This document shows positions 35,985 through 46,410 of a stretch of 64,000 bases of DNA, in pieces. Under the pieces are notes generated by a model. The model was not told the origin of the DNA. It searched no databases and was given only the letters and a program-made list of their open reading frames with translations. The position numbers and the translations under genes are program-made. The DNA lies in the NCBI GenBank assembly GCA_009602725.1, contig WELB01000028.1, forward strand, positions 836,035 through 900,034, read 5' to 3'. This stretch comes from Spirogloea muscicola. Its lineage: Eukaryota. Within the stretch, counting starts at the first letter, position 1, and the number at the start of each line of letters is the position of its first letter.

Positions 35985-38900
35985 GCGAAAGTAGAATAAA
36001 GGAAGTTCTCGCCCATAGAGAAGAGGGGCTGGCAAAGCCAGCCCAAAAAGAATGGACAACGTCCACAGCCAAAGAAAGCGGTGCCGAAAAAGGACTACAC
36101 TACCAAACAGGACAAAACACAAGACGATGCAGAGGGAAGCTCAGTACCCACGAGTGAGCAACATCAGGTCGGAGTAGCTCGCTGCAGAGAAAGAGGCACT
36201 CCGCCGAGACCCAGAGGCGGCGGCTAGAGCACGTCCTGCTCGCGGGTGGACGGCGTGGGCAAGGGAGCATTGAGATGATACCTCCAGCCGCATTCGGAAG
36301 ACTTGGGCGAGCAAACCGGCGGCCTTTGAAGCCGGGCATCGCCCCTGGCAGACCCGGCCGCCGGTCAATGGCCTGACGGGCAAGCCACTGGAGGAGATCC
36401 AGCCAGCGGCTACCGAAAGCCCTGTGTACGGCGATCGCCAGGGCCACGAATTCATCACCAACCGGATGATCGGCGTATTTCCGCTCCTTGCCCCGGGCCG
36501 CCAGGCGGACCGCGTGTCCTGCAAACGACGCCGATCTGGTGGAATTGGCGGAGTCGATGCAGTCAGTTGTCACCACATCGGCGATGATGCGGGGACCGCC
36601 GCTGGGCGGGATGGCGACCAGGTCGGCGCGTCGAGTATGGGGCTGGCCGTCCGCGCCCAGCTGGACGGGCATTACGGAGATGTTCTCCACAGCCACCTTG
36701 AAGCCCGCTTCCGTGAACACCCCCTGCGGTCCGCTCGCCCTCGTGCGCGCAACGGAGCATATGCGCAGCCAGCTCCGCAGGGTCGGCATGACGGGCACCG
36801 CAGTCGCACTTAGTGACGCCCACGAGGCAGGCAGGGAGAGGGCCCAAGAGCCGATGGACCGCCGTCCTAAAGACCTCATCGGGCACGGTTAGCGCCGCGT
36901 AGAGTGGGAGCGCTGACAACCACGCCGCCGCCCCTGGGGAAGAGGCTGACAGGAGCCTGGCACGCCCCCCGAGGTCAGACGGAGGGAGAAGCTCCACCAC
37001 CTGGTCAGAGGCCGCTTTTTCAACCAGCGCCGTGAAGCGTGCCTGGGCACGCAAGTCGGGGGTGTGGGCGAGGTGAATGAAAGGGACGGCCTGCTCCGAC
37101 ATATTGGGATGGACCGCCAGGAGCCCATCGCGGGCAGAGCGAAGGGCGACCTGGAAAGGCAGCTGGCCGGTCTCCACTTCAGCTGCCGCCCGCCGCAGGG
37201 CGCGCTGGCCGTGGACGAGGAACCTCTGGCACATGGGGGCTGCAACCTGAGCCCAGCTCCCCATGTAGGCCGCCTCACAGACGCGGGCAACTGAGCGGCA
37301 TCCCAGGCCGCCGCGATTGGTCGGCAGGCTAGCCTGCAGCAGCGCAGCTGGTGAGGTGAGGAACGCGGGGTGCTGCACGAGGGGGGCTGCGGACGCCAAG
37401 ATGCCGAAGTCAATGCCGCATACGCTGCCTTCACCGCCGATGACGTAGGGACGGTGCGGGCCAGATAGTGTGGCCGCTGCGCGATGCAGCGTGTCAGCAT
37501 AGCGGTCGCCAGCGGCATGTCCTGCAGCGTGTGGAGGCGGTCCGCCGGCCGGAGGTGTTCCTACAGCCGCGCCTGCAGCTGCTCCGTCACAAAGGCAGGT
37601 GCACCTAGGGGGACGCCGAGCAGGGTGAGGCCACCGGCTGGTGTCTGGCAGCCCAAGGGCAGGCGCAGGTGGGCTGGCAGGCCCTCAGGGGACCAGGCGC
37701 TGCATTTGTCCGTCCGAATGTCCAGGCCGATCGCGCTCAGCTGCACTTGGAGGGTGGCAAAGGCTGCCACGACGTCCGCAGGCGGTCCCACCAGAGTGGT
37801 ATCACCAGCGTACGTCGGCACCAGGACGCCAGGGTGAGCCGCGGCCGTTGCCTGGAGCGCGCGGTGGTGTGCCAGCGCGTAATAGAACCCCGCTAGTGGA
37901 TCCCCTTGGCACTCCTGGTGGAATGGAGGGTCTCCACCTCACCAACCCCAGTCCGCCACAGCAGGTCGCATGGCTGACCGTACCCCAACCTGAAGAAGGG
38001 TAGAAGGCTGGGGAAGGCCTCTCTCAGCTCCTCCGCGATGACATCCAGATCAACGCAGATGAATGCGTTGCGGGCGTCGACTGCCATGGCCACCCACTCG
38101 GGGTGCAGGTCCAGGGCGGCCCGTACACCGTGCACGACCGTCTCACCGCCGCTCCGCAGCCCCGCGCCAAACTTTTGGGGCGCCAGGTGTGCTTGGGCCT
38201 GCCCCGTGTGCTGCTGCCATAGCGCGCGCCCCACCAGACGGTAGACCACCTCCCCGATGGCGATGGGCCGGACCCCCCCGCCGGCCTTGCAGAGCGCCAG
38301 CAGTGTACTGGTGCACAGGACGTCACAAATGCAAGCTGGGACCTGGTCGCGAGCGACGAGCTGGCACACCTGATGGAGCGCCTCGAAGTCGGCGGGGTCC
38401 CCCTCCAAGAAGATTTCCCGGAGGTGCTCGGTAAGCATGTGGGAAGGACCTCCAGCGGCTGCGCGGCGGCTGCTCTGCAGGGCCTTCCGCAGGGCGTCTG
38501 CGTCGAGGACCACCTCCTCCGGCGAGGCGAAGGTGGCCAGCCACGGGGGCAGGGTGGTGCGAGCCGCAGGGTGCAGGGACTCCAGGGCCGCCCGTGCGGC
38601 GGCGCTGGTGGGCGCCAGCACCAAGTCGTCCAGGGCCTGGACCGCCCTGGACAACTCTCCCGCATGACCGGAACGCAGAGCCCGGCGGACGTTGGCGGCC
38701 CCGTCTGGCGCTGCCCGTGCGGCACCGCGGTCTGCTGCCGAGGCGGCCACCGCTGTGTCATGACGCGCCAGAAGCTCCTCCCCATGTCCGCCCTCGAACA
38801 ACTGGGCGCGCTCCAGGAGGGGCTGTCGGCCCTGCCTGCGGCCGTCGTGGGGGACGCGCCCGAGCAGCAGCCGGGGGAAGAGGAGGAACAGCGTCCATGC

Positions 38901-39060
38901 CGCCTCGTCCCGGTGGTCTCCGACAATCCGCTGCATGCATCGCCGGGCGGAGCGCGCGACGAGTGTGCGGGCGCACACCAGCTGGGGACATGGCGGACGA
39001 GCGGAAGGGCCACCCCGAAAGTGCGGCCGGCACTACCTTCGCGTCATGGAAGAGCCAACG
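35985..39060 (-). mobile_element. Degenerate CRE-like non-LTR retrotransposon (subfamily A): RT + Cys/His knuckle + restriction-like endonuclease; frameshifted and 5'-truncated
   Basis: AAGGPS, LLALCKAGGGVRPIAIGEVVYRL, PQKFGAG..GGETVVH, VDARNAF, QGDPL, YAGDT (catalytic DD altered), LLGVPLG, RGGLG, AAWLSALP, KCDCG..HMLRC, RRADLV..ADV..KERKY, then a 3' hairpin UTR. Confidence 0.9.
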
Positions 39061-39067
39061 GCCATAT

Positions 39068-39860
39068 AGAAATAGAAAGGGGAGGGCTCGCCCATGGAGG
39101 ATAGGGGCTGGAAAAGCCAGCCCAAAAAAGAAAGGAACAAAGCACGAGAAGGGGGCCAGGGGAAGCGCTAAGCAAAACGAGCACAACAAGAAACAAAGCA
39201 GCTACGTATCACTCAGTAACCCCTGCTAAGCAAGCCTAAGGTCAGAGAAGCTAGGCTCCTGGAAGAGGGTCCCCTGGCCAGAGCCAGAGGCAGCAGCGAG
39301 GGCTCTGCCTGCACGCAGGTGCAGCGCGCGGGCCATAGACCTCTGCAGTGAGACGGCCAAGCGCATGCGGTACACCTGCGCTAGCGACCCTGCTGCATGG
39401 GAGTCCACCGGCTCCCCATGGAAGCGGCGGACAATGGCGTGACGTGAGAGCTGGTTGAGCAGCTCGAGCCACCGAGCGCCCAGCGCCCCTTGCGTATCGA
39501 TGGCGAGCGGGAAGAACTCGTCTTCCCGCGGCTGATCTGCGTATTTTAGCTCCTTGGCCCGAGCGGCGCAGGCTACCGCACACCCAGGCTTGGTGGCACA
39601 CTGGGTTGGGTGTGAGCGGTCATAGGAGTCAGTGGTCACCACGTCCAGGAGAAGACGTGGCCCGCCTGCTGGTGGGGTGGCCACAAGGTCCACGCGACGA
39701 GCGTGGAGACCGTCGGCCCGTTGCTGGAGCGGCATGACGGCAGAATTCTCGGCTGCCACCGAGAAGCCAGCCTCCACAAGGATGCCATGCATCGCATCCT
39801 GGAGATGGTCGTGGGCCGCTGTCCGCTCTCGGCCGTGGGAGCAGCGCAGCACATGAGCGG
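39068..39860 (-). mobile_element. 5'-truncated subfamily-B copy abutting the 5' side of the long element
   Basis: HVLRCSHGRERTAAHD...RRVDLV...KELKYAD...EPSFSDLRL, plus a 3' UTR ending gggcgagccctcccctttctatttctat. Confidence 0.9.
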
Positions 39861-39874
39861 CCAGCTCCCCAGCA

Positions 39875-40805
39875 GCTACGAAGCACTCAGTAACCCCTGC
39901 TAAGCAAGCCTCAGGTCAGATAAGCTCGGCTCCTGGAAGAGGGTCCCCTGGCCAGAGCCAGAGGCAGCAGCGAGGGCTTTGCCGGCACGCAGGTGCAGCG
40001 CGCAGGCCATAGAAACAAGAAACAAAGCAGCTAAGTATTACTCAGTAACCCCTGCGAAGCAGCCTCAGGTCAGAGAAGCTAGGCTCCTGGAAGTGGGTCC
40101 CCTGGCCAGAGCCAGAGGCAGCAGCGAGGGCTCTGGAGCTATGGGTATGCAGTCGCCTGCGCCGCTCGAGCTAAGGAGCTAAAAGATGCAGATCAGCCGC
40201 GGGAAGACGAGTTCTTCCCGCTGGCGATTGACACGCGTGGGGCGTTGGGCGTCCGGTGGCTCGAGCTGCTCAACCAGCTCGCCCGCCACGCCATCGTCCG
40301 CCGCTCCCATGGGGAGCCGGTGGACTTTCCTGCAGCCGGGTCGCTAGCGCAGGTGTACGGGATGCGCTTGGCCGTCTCGCTGCAAAGGTCTATGGCCCGC
40401 GCGCTGCACCTGCGTGCCGGCAGAGCCCTCGCTGCTGCCTCTGGCTCTGGCCAGGGGACCCACTTCCAGGAGCCTAGCTTCTCTGACCTGAGGCTGCTTA
40501 GCAGGGGTTACTGAGTAACACGTAGCTGCTGTGTCTCTTGTTGTGGTTGGTTTTTTTAGCGCTTCCTCTGGCCCCCTTCTCGTACTTTGTTCCTCGTTTT
40601 TTGGGCTGGCTTTTCCAGCCCCTATCCTCAATGGGCGAGCCCTCTGTCTGCCGGCACGCAGGTGCAGCGCGCGGGCCATAGACCTCTGCAGCGAGACGGC
40701 CAAGCGCATCCGGTACACCTGCGCTAGCGACCCGGCTGCAGGAAAGTCCACTGGCTCCCCATGGGAGCGGCGGACGATGGCGGGGCTGGCGAGCTGGTTG
40801 AGCAG
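39875..40805. mobile_element. Nest of subfamily-B fragments, including a + copy (40136-40646) inside a - copy
   Basis: The minus copy breaks at gcagcgagggctctg (40135) and resumes at tctgccggcacgcagg (40647). The intervening sequence is a + strand copy with a full 3' UTR. Confidence 0.85.
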
Positions 40806-40981
40806 ACCTCTGCAGACGCCAAACGGCCGCTGCGGCAAGCGCAGAGTGGGCGGGGAGGGGCAGCTCCCGCAGCGCCAGATGCTGCCGGCATCGGACGGTG
40901 GTCTGGGCCCCCCCCACCCACCGCAGCGAGAATTCGAATTTGCAGCCCCGCGGACTCGCCGCTGCCGAGAGCTCTCTGTCG

Positions 40982-40983
<2 letters not shown>

Positions 40984-41045
<62 letters not shown>
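40984..41045 (+). repeat. (CT)n microsatellite
   Basis: About 31 CT units ending at a single-N join. Confidence 0.98.
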
Positions 41046-41286
41046 NCCGCTCCCCCCCACTCCCTCTCTCCTCCCCACCCTCTCGCCGCTACTCCCTCCG
41101 TCCAGTCCGTCCAGACGCTCGCTTGCCGTACTGCGCCGCCGCCGCCGGCGCGCCCTGCTGCGGCGCAGCGGCGCCATGGCCTGCGCAGGCTGGGCCATCG
41201 GCCCGACGCTCGCAGGTCCACCATTGAGGGCAGCGTAGCAAGCGGCGGCAAGGCCGCCTGTGCCAGGCGGCACGGTCTGAGCCAAC

Positions 41287-43750
41287 ATGGAGGCTGGAAG
41301 GACCTCTGGCACAGCCGGACAGTCCTCCGAAGACGGCGACTTGGCAGGGCCAGAGTGCTCGCCCCGCTCTGAGGCCTGCAACGCCACTGAGCTGCCTGTG
41401 CAGCTGCTACCGCCGCTGGTGGCGGCGGTAGCTGCACCCCGTAGCTGCGAAGAGGAGCCCTCTTTCCAGTCGTCCGCCGAGCAGATTCATGAAAGCATCC
41501 GTCATGAGCCTGCAGTATCCGCGGCGGGAAGCAAGCTCGATGGCCGTGGCATTGACAGCGGCGGCGATGCCGGCCTGGCTCCTGAGCTCGACTGTAAAGA
41601 GGAGGAAGGCGAGGAAGAGGCTGACCTGCACGAGCTCGAGGGGAAGCTGAGAGAGATGCGGCAGGCGCTGGAGCGCGCACAGGAGGACATCGAGGTCTCG
41701 GCGGCGTCGCAGCCGCCGCCGGGCAGGGCCGCGGCTCTCGCGGTGGCCGAGGAGCGGGAGGCCCTGTGGCTGCGCCTGCTGGAGGCCCAGGGCGAGCTGG
41801 CACGTGTACGCGAGCGCCATGCAGCGGCGCTGGCGGACCTGGGCGCATGCAAACGGGAGCGGGAGGCTGCGGTGGAGTGCGCGACAGCGCTGCAGGAGCA
41901 AGTCCACCAGCGAGACTTGGCGCTGGAGGCGGCACGTGCAGACTTGGAGAAGCGTGTGGGCAACGTCCTGACAGAGGTGCCGCTCTGCTTGCACGACTAC
42001 TCCTGTGATATTCTGACAGGCCTTCACATCGCTGCGTTGCAGTGGCTGAGGGCTTTGAGTATGAGTTGACGAAGAGTCGGACGACAATGTCGGCCGTGGA
42101 GCAGGTCAACGGCCTGCTTCGGGAGAAGGAGCAGTGGGCCACCAAGGCGCTGGCGACCGAGCTGGCCCGCATGGCCGCCGAGAAGCGGGCCATGGAGACC
42201 GCCGCAGCTGCCGAGGCCGCGCAGTGAGTCCAGGCTTCCCGTCGGCCCCCCCCCACCAGCTGAGCGAGCAGCAACGCAGGCGTGCATTTGGGTGTGCCTG
42301 CTGATGTTGGCAGGCTCGTCCGCATGCCCAGGTTGGAGAGCCGTGCGCTGCAGGGAGAGGCAGCAGCGCTACAGGCAAGGCTGGCGGCTCGGGAGGCGGA
42401 TGCAGAGTGCAGCGCAGCAGAGCTGCGGCAGGCGCGGGAGCGGGCGGCAGCAGCCGAGGCTGTTGCGGAGGCGCGGAAGCAGGAGGTGGCCGAGCTCCTG
42501 GCAGGCCACCGCGCGGATGCGGAGCAGCTGGAGGCCTCGCTGGCAGCGCACCGCGCGGGCCTGGCGGCCAAGGAGCTGGAGCTGGCGACCGTCACTGCGG
42601 CGCACCGCTCCACCATCAACTCACAGCAGGCGCATGCTGTTGAGTTGGAAGAGCGAGAAGCGGTGCTTGCCATCCGCGTGGCAGCTCTGGAGGCAGAGCG
42701 CGACAGATCGGAGTGCATGCAGCAGGACGAGGCCGCAGCATGGCAGGGCGAGCGTGATGGACTTGCTGCGCATGCAGCAGGCTGCGAGACCACCATCCTG
42801 GAGCTGAGGAAGGAGCTGGCAGCCGTCAATGCTCGCTGTGCGGACCTGGAGGTGGAGCTTGCTGGCACAAGGGATGCGCTGCAAGTGGCACAAGCAGCCA
42901 GCACGGATGCACGGACTGCGCGTGATGGCCTGGCGGTGGCGCTGGCCGAGGTCCAGAGATCAGCAGCCGCAGCAGTGGAGGATGCACAGCAGGAGCTCGA
43001 GGGGGAGCGGGCATGTCGACTGCGGGACAGCGCCACAGCGGCGGCGGCAATCCTTGCGCTCGAGGCCCGGTGCAAAGAGCTCGGCGGCCAGCTCAGGGCT
43101 GCGGCGACAACAGATGGTGCCGAGCGGCTGGCGCTGGCCGACCGCTGCGCTGGGCTGGAGGCTGCAGCGCTGGAGGCCTGCCAGTTGAGGGCCGACCAGG
43201 CGGCACTGGCTGCAGAGGCCGCCGGCCTCCGGCAGCGCTGCAGCATACTGGAGGAGGAGGGTCGGCAGCGTGATGCGGCGGTGCGCCACGTGGAGGTGCT
43301 GCTTGCAGATGGCGAGCGTCAGGCGCAGCGTGCAGCCTGCGAGGAGGTAGAGCGGCGCAAGCGCGCTGCGGCTCTGGAGCAGGCACTACTCCACGAGGAG
43401 GTGCACTGCTGTTGTTGTCGAGCGCTGCCAAGCTCCGCTTGCAGCTGCTAAGTAATAGCCAATGCTAGACACATCCTGAGGCATGGTGGACATTTGTCGT
43501 GCCTCTTCAGGTGGTCCAGCTGCAGAGATCACTGGCAGAGCAGGAGGCGAGCCGTGCGGCAGAGCGCAAGGCTGCTGCGCGCGACCAGGAGGCCATGGCA
43601 GACGCCTTCTACCACATCAACCTGGAGCTGGAGCGCGCCCGTGGAGAGGCTCGGCGGGGTGGCATTGGTGGCAGTCTGCCTATGGCGCTTTCCCTCTTGC
43701 CACCACTGTCAACCAAGGGTGGCCTGCTGAAGGCCTCGCCGCTCAGGTGA
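41287..43750 (+). CDS. Hypothetical long coiled-coil protein (Ala/Glu/Arg/Leu-rich, multi-exon)
   Basis: Consecutive heptad-rich ORFs joined by GT-AG introns, ending QEAMADAFYHINLELE...LLKASPLR*. Confidence 0.7.
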
Positions 43751-44900
43751 GCCCTTCATCACCACGGCCTGCCGGTGTGACACAAATAGCTGCTCGTGCT
43801 GAGCTGGTGCTTTGTCACAAAAGCTCAAAGTAATAGTTCTTGTCCACCTTGCCTAAAGCGACATGATTTATACCATGAATCACGACCCCTGCATTGGTCA
43901 AGGCATACATGCAAAAACCAGTGCTCGCCCGCTTCGTGCAGCCGGAGCCAGGCCCCGCAGATGGCGGCATAAGTAAGACAAGGACATGAAACAGCTGTCG
44001 TCTGCCTCTGCTGCCAGGGTCCACTTGGGCTGGGGAAATAGTACTGTATATGATGGCCGCCATGGTACTTTCATTCCTCGATTGTTTTTCATTGGCTGCC
44101 ACAGTCTAGTTGGAAATGGAGGGGGGAAAGTCTAGCCGGGGTGGGAGGGGCCGGGGGGGTTGTGGGGAGGGGAGGGGTGGTGCATTGCCTTCCGGGACAA
44201 ACACTGCCTTACTAGACAAACACCTGCGCTGGCTTGCTTGAGGCGCAGGGGCACAAAAACGTATGGAGTGCAAGCGCTGGCACAGCCTCTAAGAAGGCAT
44301 GTGGCGTCCTAGGCGCTGCTTGTCAGCAGCCACCAACTAGTCATTGCCAGGCGCATTGTGCACAAAAGTCAGATGTGGGCCTTGGGGATTTTAGCATGGG
44401 CCAAGTAAACTCACATCACAGAAGCAAGAAGAGCTGCAGTGAACGACATAGACAAGGTAGCTGCCACCAGCAAGCGCGCTGACCATGTCTAGCTACACTG
44501 CTGAGTACGCGGCTGCTGAGTTGCTGATTCTCCGCAGTCTCAATCTTAGTTGGCCTGCTATGCGGCACTCGTGTGGTCTACACGCACGACCCGAGCAAGC
44601 AGTGTCGCTGCCATAGGAGGTGTTGCCGCATTCCCAGACTGCTGCTGGCCAGGTGTGGGTACGACGACAGCAACTGGGAGCTCGGCTGGCCTTTCGCAGC
44701 CGTTGTTTTGCAGTGAAAGAGCTGTGTTCCTCTTTGCGAGCTCTTGCGGAGCCGGATCTCTCTGCACGCTTCGAACAGTGTACATCCTTTGGGCTGGCCT
44801 CTCACAGTCATTGCCTGACATTGGCCATGCTCAGTGTTTTCTCTGTGCTCGCTGGTCGCCCCCCAACGCTGCGCAGCCGCTATGGCGGCGTGAGGCACCC

Positions 44901-46096
44901 ATGCTGGCCGCCGCCCGCCAAGCGCCGCCGCCGCTGCTGCGCGGTGCCGCGGCCGCCGCCGGGGAGCGGCTCCTCGNAGCGTGCGAGCGCGGGCCGCTTG
45001 CCGCCGCCGCGGCGGCGGGGGCGTCCTGTTGCCAGCTCGGGCGGCCGTCGCGGCGATGGCTGGCGACGAGCAGGCCAGGAGGCACTTCGTCTTATTCTAC
45101 GGTACAGACAACCTTGATTCCCATACTGGCAGTGCCTGATCTTGCGGCTTCTTCAAGAGACCCATGCCTCCTGCATGCAACGCCTCTTCTTTTGCCCTGT
45201 CACAGCCATTGTGAGCAAAGCAGATTAGCAGGGACAAGGCTGCTCAGCTTGAGCTATCTTCCACTACGTAGCTTCTAGTGACATCCGAGTCAGTCGGCTA
45301 GGCAGCGCGCTCCGAGAAGTCCGAATCTGGGAAACATGGCCGCAAGTTGGCATGAAGAATGCTGCTTCGGGCTGAAGGCCAGAGATGCTACTGGCAAGAG
45401 GGGACTCTAGTCCATAATGTGGCTGCTCTCCAGCCTCCTCGCTAATAACACCTTTGTTACGAGTTGAAGCAAAGAAGGCAGCAAGTTTGTCAGAATCCGA
45501 GCATCCAAGATATGGTGGACTCGGAAGCCAGCTTCGATGATTTACTTGTTCGTATATGCTAACAGCTGCCAGAGCTGCGCACTTTGCTACTGGACGGCAT
45601 TGGCAAGTTTGCCTCCAACTTACTCTGCTGTGAGGCCGGTTAGCATGCCAAGCACGCTTCAGAACTGGTGCCCTGATCTGCCATCAGCTGCTCCTTGCAG
45701 ACTATGTTGAGGGCATTCTTGAGAAACGGGCGCCGTTCCGCGGTCCTCACTTGGCTCTCTGCAAGGAATTCGTCGCCCGTGGCGACCTCTTGCTAGGTGG
45801 CCCGCTGCAGGATCCAACAGACGGCGCCGTACTTGTCTTCCATGTTCTGAGCGCCTCTGGTGGGACTTGACTCATGCCGCTGCTGTTGATTTGTTTTTCC
45901 CAATTGTGTGTGGATATCTCAGCAAGCTTGCACTTATTGCAGTGCAGTTCTGATGAAGCAATGCACTGGTTGTGCAGAGGTTGAGCAATTTGCAGCACAG
46001 GACCCATACGTCCTCAACGGACTGGTAGTAAAGTGGTCCGTCCGCCCATGGATGGTCCTCGTTGGGTGCGCGCCAAGTGTGCCAACAGATCCTTAA
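44901..46096 (+). CDS. YCII/YciI-like domain protein with N-terminal extension
   Basis: Spliced HFVLFY-DYVEGILEKRAPFRGPHL...LLLGGPLQDPTDGAVLVF...FAAQDPYVLNGLVVKWSVRPW. Confidence 0.85.
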
Positions 46097-46410
46097 GTTG
46101 GCCGGCCTGCTACAATTGGCGAGAAGTGGCACGAGGCAGAAAGGGGCTGAGTGCTGGCCTCATCCTCCATGGCCCCGTGATAATGACTACAAGTAGGCCT
46201 GCCATGCACTTCAAGAAACTCTTTATGTGTGATCATTTCTGTCTCTGCGACAATAGTGATTGATAGCAGAGGTCGCCTGCCACCATCTGGTGGATCTGGG
46301 CCACCCTCACATGTCAAATGCAAGTACAATGGCGTCTAACTGAGGCCAATTTGAGCTTGCATTGAGTCTCTTTATGTTGTCTGACTGTGGGTGCAAGATT
46401 TTGGTAGGAA

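Noticed and set aside
40603..40645. HDV-like ribozyme in the element 3' UTR (CCTA-TCCTCAA-TGGG resembles P3/L3)
   Set aside because: The L3 G position varies between copies, and the element ends before P1.1/P4/catalytic C/P2' could form.
40984..41045. (CT)n as the specific target of the CRE-like elements
   Set aside because: The nearest element junction is ~180 bp away, and the TSDs seen elsewhere are not CT repeats.
40724..43246. 840-aa minus-strand ORF
   Set aside because: It is the antisense shadow of the GC-rich coiled-coil gene and runs through a microsatellite, an N and transposon sequence.
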